A DNA stretch of 64,000 bases from an uncultured actinomycete (lineage in GTDB: Bacteria > Actinomycetota > Acidimicrobiia > Spongiisociales > UBA5794): positions 261,355 through 325,354 of the forward strand of contig CALOAN010000021.1 in NCBI GenBank assembly GCA_942491345.1, in the 5' to 3' direction. The notes under the pieces are model-generated. The model saw nothing but the letters and a program-made list of their open reading frames with translations. It had not been told where the DNA came from and did not search any database. Position 1 is the first letter of the stretch. Every line of letters starts with the position of its first letter. Of the stretch, positions 1-7,857 are shown piece by piece. Position numbers and translations under genes: made by a program.

Positions 1-214
1 GCTGAGGCCAACGGTGTATGTCTCGACACGTGAGAGCGGCGTGTTGCTCACGGCTCGCCTTCTGGTGGAGGCGCGGTCGCGTCGCGGCGTTGAGGACGAG
101 TTCTGGCGAGCCGTCCTTGACGCATTCGCAGCGGAGCCGTCAGTCGAGCTGGCCTACCCGACGGTGCGGACCTACCTTCACGACCCCCTGATCGTTCGAA
201 AAGACTCAAGCTGA
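1..214 (+). CDS. 3' end of a possible MscS-like mechanosensitive channel gene (truncated by window edge)
   Basis: Frame is open from the window edge to the stop at 212-214. The tail ...SVELAYPTVRTYLHDPLIV resembles the C-terminal domain of MscS-family channels. Partial and weak. Confidence 0.3.
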   Translation, partial: LRPTVYVSTRESGVLLTARLLVEARSRRGVEDEFWRAVLDAFAAEPSVELAYPTVRTYLHDPLIVRKDSS

Positions 215-384
215 GTAGGCGGCACGAATCGGCCGATAGTGGATTCTGCGCCTGTGAAGGTATCCAACGTCGTGGGCACCGAAGACGAAGGAACGGGAGC
301 GGATAACTGATCCGCTGACGATTCAACGGCAATGGCGGGCGGCCAATCGGCCGTCATCCTCGCTCAGAGCTCCCCCGTGTGCGG

Positions 385-432
385 GCAGCCGCTCGGCCGC
401 GCCTCCCCCACATCGTGGTGGAGGCAGAGACT
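385..432. repeat. Copy of GC-rich palindromic element (hairpin module H1)
   Basis: gctcggccgcgCCTCCCCCAC-atc-GTGGTGGAGGcagagac, stem 402-411/415-424, just downstream of the anti-sigma stop. The same module occurs at 13244-13270, 28180-28202, 28215-28244, 39974-39998 and 63809-63838. Confidence 0.6.
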
Positions 433-665
433 CAACTCTCTTTCAGCCCGAGGGCTTCTCTGATTCGCTCTCTCGCGTCGTTGGGTAGTTTCAGGCGGCC
501 GTGGGTGCGGTAGAGGGAACCAACACCTTCCAACTCGGAGACGACGGTGCGGCAGTCGGTGCACGTCGCTAGGTGGTCGGCGGCCGCCGCTTCCTGCTCT
601 GCGGTGAGGGTACCGTCGAAGAACTCGGGGAGCAGGGTGTCGAGTTGGTCGCAGGTCATGATCAT
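432..665 (-). CDS. Anti-sigma factor, zinc-binding ZAS type (77 aa, soluble)
   Basis: HLATCTDC matches the H-x3-C-x2-C ZAS motif. Its start overlaps the sigma gene stop by 4 nt (ATGA at 662-665). Confidence 0.8.
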   Translation of the reverse strand: MIMTCDQLDTLLPEFFDGTLTAEQEAAAADHLATCTDCRTVVSELEGVGSLYRTHGRLKLPNDARERIREALGLKES

Positions 666-1258
666 GCCAGGTACTCCTTGAGGTCCACCCGCAAGGCCTG
701 CCGGGCTCGGGCGAGACGCATCTTGACGGCGGATTCGGAGACATCGAGGGTTTGAGCGACTTCGGCGGTTGAGAGCTGTTCGATGTCCCTCAGCACGAAT
801 GCCGACCGCAGCGGTTCGGCGAGGCGGGCGATGGCGGCGTCGAGGCGTCGCGTCAGTTCGGAGGCGAGCACCGCATCTTCGACACTCGTGACCGGGCGAT
901 CGCCGGTTTCCAGCATCTCGTCGGGGGCGAGCGGCGTCTCCCGTCGCCTGCGAGTGGCGGTGATGGCCTCCCGATAGCCGATGCGGTAGAGCCAGGCGGC
1001 GATCGGTCCGTCACCCCGGTAGGTGTCCAGCGATCGCATCACCTTGATGAAGGTCTCCTGGACGACATCTTCTGCCAGGTGTCGATCACCGAGGATGCGG
1101 TAGCCAAGGGTGTACACGCCGTCGGCGAACCGGTCGAACAGCAACGCGACCGAAACCGTTGGCGTCTTCGTGACCGGGAAGTTGTCCATTGCGTCAGACG
1201 GTACCGCCCTCGGAGAGGTTCGCAGCCACGCATCCGCCCGAAGGATGGCGATGGTCAT
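662..1258 (-). CDS. ECF (sigma-70 family) RNA polymerase sigma factor
   Basis: Region 2 (DVVQETFIKVMRSLDTYRG...WLYRIGYREAI) and region 4 (LSTAEVAQTLDVSESAVKMRLARAR) are recognisable. The start at 1258 is supported by an ATGA overlap with the upstream stop. Confidence 0.9.
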   Translation of the reverse strand: MTIAILRADAWLRTSPRAVPSDAMDNFPVTKTPTVSVALLFDRFADGVYTLGYRILGDRHLAEDVVQETFIKVMRSLDTYRGDGPIAAWLYRIGYREAITATRRRRETPLAPDEMLETGDRPVTSVEDAVLASELTRRLDAAIARLAEPLRSAFVLRDIEQLSTAEVAQTLDVSESAVKMRLARARQALRVDLKEYLA

Positions 1259-1701
1259 GTCTTCCGAAACGGCATGCGGTCCCAGAACGCGAAAGCGACG
1301 AGGGTGAACACCGCAAGGTACAAGAGCGGCTGGCCGGCGACGTACGCGATCCCTCCGACGGTCGCTGCTGCGCCCAGGCGCATCAACCGCTCAATGGCCG
1401 ATAGCGGGATGGAACGCACCTGACCGTCGACAGCCCCGGCGAACACCTCGCCGATCCCGGTTCTGCTCTGGGCTCCGACCGCACGGCCGGCAACGACGCC
1501 ATCATGGATGGCGACGAACGTCGGGACAGCGCGCACCGAATGACGCTCGGCGAGATCTCGGTTCGTGCCAACATCGACCTCGACCAGTTCGACTTCGGAC
1601 CTGTACTCGCCGGCCGCCGCGCGGACCACCGGGGTCATCGCCTTACAAGTCGTGCAATGAGCCCCGGTGAAGTAGAGAACCTGGTTCGTTGTGTCAGTCA
1701 C
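1255..1701 (-). CDS. Thioredoxin-fold protein (CTTC active site) with C-terminal membrane anchor
   Basis: YFTGAHCTTCKAMTPV...VPTFVAIHDG is a thioredoxin-like CxxC fold. The C-terminal third is hydrophobic (GGIAYVAGQPLLYLAVFTLVAFAFW). Confidence 0.7.
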   Translation of the reverse strand: MTDTTNQVLYFTGAHCTTCKAMTPVVRAAAGEYRSEVELVEVDVGTNRDLAERHSVRAVPTFVAIHDGVVAGRAVGAQSRTGIGEVFAGAVDGQVRSIPLSAIERLMRLGAAATVGGIAYVAGQPLLYLAVFTLVAFAFWDRMPFRKT

Positions 1702-1729
1702 GGGTGGGTTGTTCCCTCGAATGGAACCT

Positions 1730-1948
1730 TCAGGCGGCGACGCTGCTGTTGTCGTCGGCCTTCGTCCCCTTGCCGATCAATGAGTAGATCGGGCACCAGC
1801 CGACGAGTCCGGTCACGAGCGGAATCAACCCAATCGCGGCCACGACCCAGCCCCAGCCACCGCCAACCGCCAGGAAACCGACGCCGATCAGTCCGACACC
1901 GAGCACCACGCGGGCGATCCGATCCCAGCTTGCTTCGTTTGCCTTCAT
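1730..1948 (-). CDS. DUF2892 (YgaP-like) small membrane protein
   Basis: MKANEASWDRIARVVLGVGLIGVG...LVGWCPIYSLIG is typical of DUF2892. I chose the internal Met at 1948 rather than the ORF maximum at 2014. Confidence 0.65.
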   Translation of the reverse strand: MKANEASWDRIARVVLGVGLIGVGFLAVGGGWGWVVAAIGLIPLVTGLVGWCPIYSLIGKGTKADDNSSVAA

Positions 1949-2125
1949 CACGAGACCTCCATGAGTCAACGATCTTCCTACCCGGTACGACGCGGCGAGG
2001 TAGCGATCGGTCACATCATTTCCTGGAGTCCAGACCGCGCCAGATCAGGACAGCTGCGTCTGCTCCTGCGAGCACAAGGACCAAGGCAAGACCATGATGA
2101 GGGGCCGTTCGGAGAGGAGTACTCG

Positions 2126-3388
2126 ATGTTGACGATGGAGGGAACGCCGCCGGCATTCCATCTTCTGGCGAAGCCGACGGGTCCGATCTGCAATCTGGAC
2201 TGCGAGTACTGCTTCTTTCTGTCCAAGGAGATGCTGTATCCGGGGGACCGGTTTCGGATGGCCGACAACATGTTGGAGGAGTACCTCCGGCAACTCCTCG
2301 AATCTCACCGTACGCCGGAAGTGACGGTGGCATGGCAGGGCGGGGAGCCGACGATGATGGGCCTCGACTTCTTCAAACGCTCCATCGAACTCGTCGAGCA
2401 GTACCGCCGCCCGACGCAGCGTGTCGAGTACACCATCCAAACCAACGGCGTGCTGATCGATGACCGATGGGCGGCGTTCTTCAAGGAGAACAGCTTCCTC
2501 GTCGGGTTGTCGGTTGACGGCCCCCGAGACCTGCACGACGCCTATCGGGTTGACAAGCGGGGCGGCGGTTCGTTCGACCGAGTGATGGCCGGGTATGCGC
2601 ACCTCCAGGCCGCCGAGGTCGAGGTGAATGTGCTGTGCACCGTGCACGCCGCCAATCAGGACCGTGGCGCCGACGTGTACCGATTCTTCCGCGACGACAT
2701 GGGTGTCCAGTTCATTCAGTTCATCCCGATCATCGAACGCACAACCGAGACGCTGCTGCCGATCGCAAACCTGGGCTGGAGTACCGAGCGCACCGAGAAG
2801 CGGCCGCTCTACGTGCAGCAGGGAACGTGGGTGACCGACCGCAGCGTCGGCGCCGACGCGTACGGGCGATTCCTCATCGATGTGTTCGATGAATGGGTGA
2901 AGAGCGATGTCGGCGAGGTGTATGTCCAGATGTTCGACACGGCGCTCGCGAATTGGCACGGCGAGCCGGGTGCGCTCTGTGTCTTCTCAGAGACGTGTGG
3001 GCTCGCCCTTGCTGTGGAGCACAACGGCGACCTCTACTCGTGCGATCACTTTGTTGAACCCGACTATCTGCTCGGCAACATCACGGAGACGCCGATGATC
3101 GAGTTGGTGTCATCGGACCAGCAGCGGAAGTTCGGGATGGACAAGCGGGACACGCTGCCGCAGTTTTGCCTGGATTGCGATGTGCGATTCGCGTGCCACG
3201 GTGGCTGCCCCCGCAATAGGTTCACGACCACCCCCGACGGTGAGGAAGGCCTCAACTACCTCTGCCCGAGCTACAAGGCCTTCTTCACGCATGTCGACCC
3301 GGCGATGAAGCTCATGTCCCGCCTCCTCAAGCAGAACCGCGCCCCATCCGAGATCGTGAAGCTCGGCGTCCCGAAGGCCGAAGACTAG
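2126..3388 (+). CDS. Radical SAM/SPASM maturase, anaerobic sulfatase-maturating enzyme family
   Basis: CNLDCEYC (CxxxCxxC) cluster, GGEPTMMG, and a C-terminal Cys-rich SPASM region (CDHF...CLDCDVRFACHGGCP). GGAGAGGAG RBS lies 6 nt before the ATG at 2126. Confidence 0.85.
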   Translation: MLTMEGTPPAFHLLAKPTGPICNLDCEYCFFLSKEMLYPGDRFRMADNMLEEYLRQLLESHRTPEVTVAWQGGEPTMMGLDFFKRSIELVEQYRRPTQRVEYTIQTNGVLIDDRWAAFFKENSFLVGLSVDGPRDLHDAYRVDKRGGGSFDRVMAGYAHLQAAEVEVNVLCTVHAANQDRGADVYRFFRDDMGVQFIQFIPIIERTTETLLPIANLGWSTERTEKRPLYVQQGTWVTDRSVGADAYGRFLIDVFDEWVKSDVGEVYVQMFDTALANWHGEPGALCVFSETCGLALAVEHNGDLYSCDHFVEPDYLLGNITETPMIELVSSDQQRKFGMDKRDTLPQFCLDCDVRFACHGGCPRNRFTTTPDGEEGLNYLCPSYKAFFTHVDPAMKLMSRLLKQNRAPSEIVKLGVPKAED

Positions 3389-3397
3389 GGAAGAACC

Positions 3398-3414
3398 GTT
3401 TTCGCCTCTCCCAC
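3398..3414. repeat. Fragment of the GC-rich mosaic element
   Basis: The 17-nt gttttcgcctctcccac is identical to the segment at 40367-40383, and sits just after the anSME stop. Confidence 0.4.
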
Positions 3415-3565
3415 TGAGGTCTACCGGACAGGCGGCGGAACGGCGGGGCCGGACCCCCGACGGGCCCGCCGTGGTCGGGTACGATGCCTGCAGCGATGCG
3501 AAGGTCGAGGTCCGGGCGGGCCGAATCCGAGCAGTCGGTGATGATCGAGTAGGAGGCGATCGGCG

Positions 3566-3904
3566 ATGGCGGATACCCCTCAGACTGAGGGAAAGAAACG
3601 AACCGCAAGTGAGGAATGGAACAAGCACGCCTTCCGGTACATTTCCGGGTTGGCGCTTCTTGTCCTCGCCATGGGCACGGTGGTATACCATTTCATCGAG
3701 GACTGGAGTTGGGTGGATTCGTTCTACTTCAGTTCGGTGGCCCTCACGACCGTCGGATTCGGCGACCTCACACCCAGCACCGATGCCTCGAAGCTGTTCA
3801 CCGTTTTCTACATCTTCTCCGGCATCGCGCTCATCGGTGCCGTGCTCAACGCGTTCCTGAAACTCCACGCGAAGAAGGTCTCGGATCGCCGCTCAGGGGA
3901 CTGA
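3566..3904 (+). CDS. Minimal two-TM potassium channel (112 aa)
   Basis: Selectivity filter TTVGFGD lies between two hydrophobic helices. There is no cytoplasmic regulatory domain. Confidence 0.8.
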   Translation: MADTPQTEGKKRTASEEWNKHAFRYISGLALLVLAMGTVVYHFIEDWSWVDSFYFSSVALTTVGFGDLTPSTDASKLFTVFYIFSGIALIGAVLNAFLKLHAKKVSDRRSGD

Positions 3905-3945
3905 GCCGCAGGGCAATCCACCGCCGGTACTCCGATCACGATCTT

Positions 3946-4698
3946 TCAGATGCCTGCCCCGTGGACGAGTGCGGGCTCGAGGACGATCGAGTCGGTAGGA
4001 CTGTCGCCATTCACGCGCTCTTCGAGCTGTTGCACCCGTTCGAAGAGGATCTCGATGACCCGAACGGCATGGTCGTCGCCACTCTCTTCTAGCGCCAAGC
4101 TCAACGCCGGTGCACCCGGAACGTGCTCGTCGATCACACGACCGGCCAATCCCACGACGGTCGAACCGGCCGGCACATCTTTCACGACCACGGCCCCGGC
4201 CCCTACTCGCGCGCCCGATCCGACAGCGACGGCGCCCAGGATCTTCGCCCCGGCTCCAACGACAACTCTGTCGCCGAGGGTTGGGTGCCGTTTCTGTTTC
4301 TTGAGGCTGGTGCCACCCAGCGTCACACCTTGGTAGAGCATGACGTCGTCACCGATCTCGGCGGTTTCGCCGATCACGACGCCCATGCCGTGGTCGATGA
4401 CGAACCGGCGTCCGATCGTTGCCCCGGGGTGGATTTCGATGCCGGTCACGGCGCGGCTCGCCTGGCTTGCCAGCCGCGCAATGAATGGATGACCCCCGGT
4501 CCACAGTCGATGAGCAAACCGATGAATCGTCACTGCGTGGAGTCCGGGATAGAGAAGGAGCACTTCGGCGACACTTCGGGCCGCGGGGTCGCGGTCGAAG
4601 ACGGCTTGAATATCCTCGCCGAGCCTCCCCCAGAGACGGAGCCACCATCGCCTGGGCCCTTGACGCCCGCTCGCGGGCACGGAAGTCGGACGAGTCAC
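3946..4698 (-). CDS. cysE: Serine O-acetyltransferase
   Basis: [20 protein letters not shown]...[44 protein letters not shown] (hexapeptide repeats). GTG start overlaps the cysK stop (GTGA at 4695-4698). Confidence 0.9.
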   Translation of the reverse strand: MTRPTSVPASGRQGPRRWWLRLWGRLGEDIQAVFDRDPAARSVAEVLLLYPGLHAVTIHRFAHRLWTGGHPFIARLASQASRAVTGIEIHPGATIGRRFVIDHGMGVVIGETAEIGDDVMLYQGVTLGGTSLKKQKRHPTLGDRVVVGAGAKILGAVAVGSGARVGAGAVVVKDVPAGSTVVGLAGRVIDEHVPGAPALSLALEESGDDHAVRVIEILFERVQQLEERVNGDSPTDSIVLEPALVHGAGI

Positions 4699-5645
4699 GG
4701 CGCGACGCTCGTTTCGTCATTCTGGGCCAGCCCCGCCGAGAGATAACGCTCGCCGGTGTCGGGCAGGATGACGACGATGAGCTTCCCTGTGTTCTCCGGC
4801 CGGTTCGCGACGACGAGAGCAGCGTTGAGAGCTGCTCCGCTTGAGATCCCCGCAAGGATTCCTTCCTCGCGTGCGAGACGGCGGGTGGTGTCGAAAGCTT
4901 CGTCGTTGGTGACGGTTATGATTTCGTCGATGATTTCCGGCCTGAGGACGTTTGGCACGAAGCCGGCTCCGATTCCCTGGATCTTGTGCGGACCCGGTTG
5001 ACCACCCGACAGGACGGGGGAGTCTGCCGGTTCGACCGCCACCACGTGCAGCGAGGGTTTCCGATCCTTGAGTACCTCGCTGACACCGGTGATCGTTCCG
5101 CCGGTACCGACTCCCGCCACGAAGATGTCGATGTCGCCGTCCGTATCAGACCAGATCTCTTCAGCGGTCGTTCGGCGGTGGATGTCCGGGTTGGCGGGAT
5201 TCGAGAACTGTCGGAGCATGACCGCATCGGGAATCTCTGCCGCGAGCTGTTCGGCTCTCGAGATGGCTCCGTTCATGCCGGTCGTTCCATCGGTGAGCAC
5301 AACCTCTGCGCCGAGCAGGCTCAGGAGCTGACGGCGTTCGATGCTCATCGTGTCCGGCATGGTCAGTACGAGTCGGTAGCCCTTGGCCGCTGCGGCGGAT
5401 GCCAATCCAATTCCGGTGTTGCCGCTTGTGGGTTCGACGAGCGTCGTTTCGCCAGGGCGCGCAGCACCCGCCCGCTCGGCAGCGTCGATCATGTTCAGGC
5501 CAATGCGGTCCTTCACGCTCGAGAGCGGATTGAACGACTCGACCTTCGCGACGATGCGAGCACCGCCGGTCGGAGAGAGGTGTCCAAGTTCGACGAGCGG
5601 TGTGCCGCCGATCGTCTCGGTGATATCGGAGAGTATCTGTCCCAT
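4695..5645 (-). CDS. cysK: Cysteine synthase A (O-acetylserine sulfhydrylase)
   Basis: IGGTPLVEL...[16 protein letters not shown]...[10 protein letters not shown] is PLP-enzyme typical. The start at 5645 has a GGAGGA RBS. The longer ORF to 5753 is rejected. Confidence 0.9.
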   Translation of the reverse strand: MGQILSDITETIGGTPLVELGHLSPTGGARIVAKVESFNPLSSVKDRIGLNMIDAAERAGAARPGETTLVEPTSGNTGIGLASAAAAKGYRLVLTMPDTMSIERRQLLSLLGAEVVLTDGTTGMNGAISRAEQLAAEIPDAVMLRQFSNPANPDIHRRTTAEEIWSDTDGDIDIFVAGVGTGGTITGVSEVLKDRKPSLHVVAVEPADSPVLSGGQPGPHKIQGIGAGFVPNVLRPEIIDEIITVTNDEAFDTTRRLAREEGILAGISSGAALNAALVVANRPENTGKLIVVILPDTGERYLSAGLAQNDETSVAP

Positions 5646-5659
5646 TGTGGAAGTCCTCC

Positions 5660-5690
5660 AAGAGAAAAGCCCGGGCGATGTGCCGCGGGC
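5660..5690 (-). terminator. Intrinsic terminator/attenuator hairpin between the Cys leader ORF and cysK
   Basis: Minus strand reads GCCCG(c)GG-cacaucg-CCCGGGC followed by UUUUCUCUU. It ends at the cysK RBS. Confidence 0.6.
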
Positions 5691-5715
5691 CGTGTGCGTC
5701 AGGATTGTGGGGGAA

Positions 5716-5793
5716 TCAGGGACAGCAACATCGTTCCGCGGTTGAGCGCGCACAAGCGCAGGCGGAGCAGCGGAAGTTGATGAACGTTCTCAT
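5716..5793 (-). CDS. Candidate Cys-rich leader peptide (25 aa: [25 protein letters not shown])
   Basis: ATG...TGA ORF read directly from the sequence. It has 6 Cys codons including UGU UGC UGU followed by CCC-stop, and lies between SulP and cysK. No obvious SD. Confidence 0.6.
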   Translation of the reverse strand: MRTFINFRCSACACARSTAERCCCP

Positions 5794-5916
5794 ATTCGGG
5801 TCGGGATGGTACCGGTGGGGGAGCGGCAATCGCACCGAGATTCGACAGCCCACCACCAGGGCGGTTGAAGAGGATCGCGAGCCGGGTTCACGTCGCCCGA
5901 TCCGCGATCGCCACTG

Positions 5917-7659
5917 CTACTGCTCTGTGGCTTCGTCCGATGGGAACTTGCTCAGGTGAATCTTGACGGCGGCAGCGATGTCGCTGTGAAAGTTCTCCCG
6001 TGGCATCACGTCGAGAAGACCGTCGCGTTCGAGCACCTCGGCCACCTGAGGTTTCACACGAGCCAGGTGCAGGTCGATGTTGCGTTGCTTGCCCGCCTCG
6101 GCGATTGCCTTGATCGTGTCCGCTCCCTCGGTATCGATGAAGTCGACACCTTCCATGCTCAGAATCACGCCGTTCAAGCCGGGCTCTTCGCGGATTCGAA
6201 TCTCCCGGAGATGATCGGCAAGCGCACCTGAGTTGACGAAGAACAGACCGCCGTCGAACCGCACGATGGCGAGGCCTGGGAAGGTCTCACCCTCCGGGTG
6301 GTTCTTGAGATCGAAGAACGCGTGAGTGCCCTTCTTCCGGCCGAGCTCGGGCATGTACGGAAGTGAGGCGACGGCCACCAGCCAAAGGAGCGAGAGTCCG
6401 ACGCCGATGAAGACACCCTGCAAGATGCCGAACGTCATAACGCCGAGCAACGCTGCCGTGGCGACCCAGAACTCGAATTGTTTGACGTCGTAGAGCCGTT
6501 TCATCTCGGGAACGTCCATCATCCCCATTACGACGGCCTGGATGATGATCGCCCCGAGGACGGCATCGGGCAGTTCCGAGAACATCGGGGCAAGGAATAG
6601 CAGTGTCAGGATGATGAGGACGGCCTGGAACAGGTTCGACACCTGTGACTTAGCGCCTGCCTGGTCGTTCACCGGGCTCTTTGACAGGCTCCCGTTGACG
6701 AACACACCCTGGAAGAGACCGGACGACACGTTGGAAACACCCTGTGCGAGAAGTTCCTGGTTGATGTCGATGCGGTAGTTGTGTTTCGAGGCGTAGTCCC
6801 GGACAGCTGCCGTCGTGACAGAGAACCCGATCAACAGTAAGCCGACGGCGCCGGCGATGATTGTGGCGAAGTTGTCGACGATGTACCCGATGTCGGGGAG
6901 GACCACGGCCGGGAGGCCACTCGGCACCTCGGCGATGAGTTCGACGCCACGGTCACCAAGGTCGAGAATCAGCGTCGCGACGATGCCCAGGATCACCGCG
7001 AGGAGTGCGCCCGGGACCTTTGGGGCGTAGATGGCGACGCCGAAGACCAGGATCAGCGCCGCCACACCGACGACGACCGTGGTGCCGTTGGCGTCGGAAA
7101 GGCTCGTGACCCATGTCCACAGCTTCCCCCACGTGTTGGAACCGCCGGATTCGGTTCCGGTGATCTTGAACAGCTCGCCGGCGGCAACGTTGATCGCCAC
7201 TCCGAACGTGAACCCGGTGAGAACGCTGGCCGCGAGGAAGTCTGAGATCCAGCCCATCTTCAGCACGTACATGATGACGAAGAGCGCACCGGCCACGAGG
7301 ACGATCGAAGCCGCGAGCTGAATTGCTTCTTCGGATCCGGAAGAAGCGACGGCCAGGACTGCGGCGCCGAGGACCGCGGCGGTCGACGAACTCGGGCCCT
7401 GGGTGACCTGTTTCGACGTGGTGAAGAGAGCGAAGCCGATGAGTCCGGCCGCTGCCGCGTAGAGGCCGTACTGCACGGGTACGCCGCTGATCGTTGCGTA
7501 CCCGAGCGACGTCGGGACCATGAGTGCCCAGACGGAGAGACCCGCGATCAGGTCGCCCTTCAGCCAGTCCTTGTTGTAGTTGGGGAGCCAATGGAAGATC
7601 GGCATGATCCGGGCGAGTCCGGTCGGCGCCTCACTCTTGGTCTTCGTGTCGGCTGCCAC
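5917..7659 (-). CDS. SulP-family sulfate/anion permease with C-terminal STAS domain
   Basis: 580 aa polytopic protein. N-terminus has LKGDLIAGLSVWALMVPTSLGYA. C-terminal STAS-like part has VILSMEGVDFIDTEGADTI. Confidence 0.9.
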   Translation of the reverse strand: MAADTKTKSEAPTGLARIMPIFHWLPNYNKDWLKGDLIAGLSVWALMVPTSLGYATISGVPVQYGLYAAAAGLIGFALFTTSKQVTQGPSSSTAAVLGAAVLAVASSGSEEAIQLAASIVLVAGALFVIMYVLKMGWISDFLAASVLTGFTFGVAINVAAGELFKITGTESGGSNTWGKLWTWVTSLSDANGTTVVVGVAALILVFGVAIYAPKVPGALLAVILGIVATLILDLGDRGVELIAEVPSGLPAVVLPDIGYIVDNFATIIAGAVGLLLIGFSVTTAAVRDYASKHNYRIDINQELLAQGVSNVSSGLFQGVFVNGSLSKSPVNDQAGAKSQVSNLFQAVLIILTLLFLAPMFSELPDAVLGAIIIQAVVMGMMDVPEMKRLYDVKQFEFWVATAALLGVMTFGILQGVFIGVGLSLLWLVAVASLPYMPELGRKKGTHAFFDLKNHPEGETFPGLAIVRFDGGLFFVNSGALADHLREIRIREEPGLNGVILSMEGVDFIDTEGADTIKAIAEAGKQRNIDLHLARVKPQVAEVLERDGLLDVMPRENFHSDIAAAVKIHLSKFPSDEATEQ

Positions 7660-7733
7660 GTGAGTCCTCCAGTATGCCCGGAATTGGGGACTCTACTGCT
7701 CCACGCGTGGGGTCTGTTTGTGGCGGGCTCCTT

Positions 7734-7853
7734 CCATTCCGCGGGCTGACGGCGCCGCATACGGGGTGGAGAACCCTGGGTTCGCTGCGCCGACCATTCC
7801 GCGGGCTGACGGCGCCGTATGCGGGGTGGAGAACCCTGGGTACGCAGGTAGGG
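7734..7853 (+). repeat. 60-nt tandem repeat, 2 units (family shared with 55116-55346)
   Basis: Units start at 7734 and 7794 (ccattccgcgggctgacggcgccg[c/t]at[a/g]cggggtggagaaccctgggt...). The array ends 5 nt before the ATG at 7858. Confidence 0.8.
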
Positions 7854-7857
7854 CAGA

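Noticed and set aside
2045-2959. Long antisense or shadow ORFs opposite real genes (for example 2045-2959, 7693-8820, 16607-17896, 17700-18929, 20894-21979, 30235-31683, 33439-34866, 34971-36062, 38553-39608, 56379-57518, 60558-61838)
   Set aside because: They are typical high-GC shadow frames: Arg/Gly/Pro/His-rich, with no recognisable domains. Each lies fully opposite a gene with clear family motifs.
3389-3565. c-di-AMP (ydaO-type) or other riboswitch upstream of the mini K+ channel
   Set aside because: The region is GC-rich with some hairpins, but I could not match the ydaO conserved segments. Part of it is a fragment of the mosaic repeat.
7734-7853. The 60-nt repeats as protein-coding repeats or tRNA-like genes (GGGTTCG resembles a T-arm start)
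   Set aside because: Open frames exist on both strands only because of GC content. There is no cloverleaf, no anticodon arm and no GTTCGAATC T-loop. The units are intergenic and tandem.
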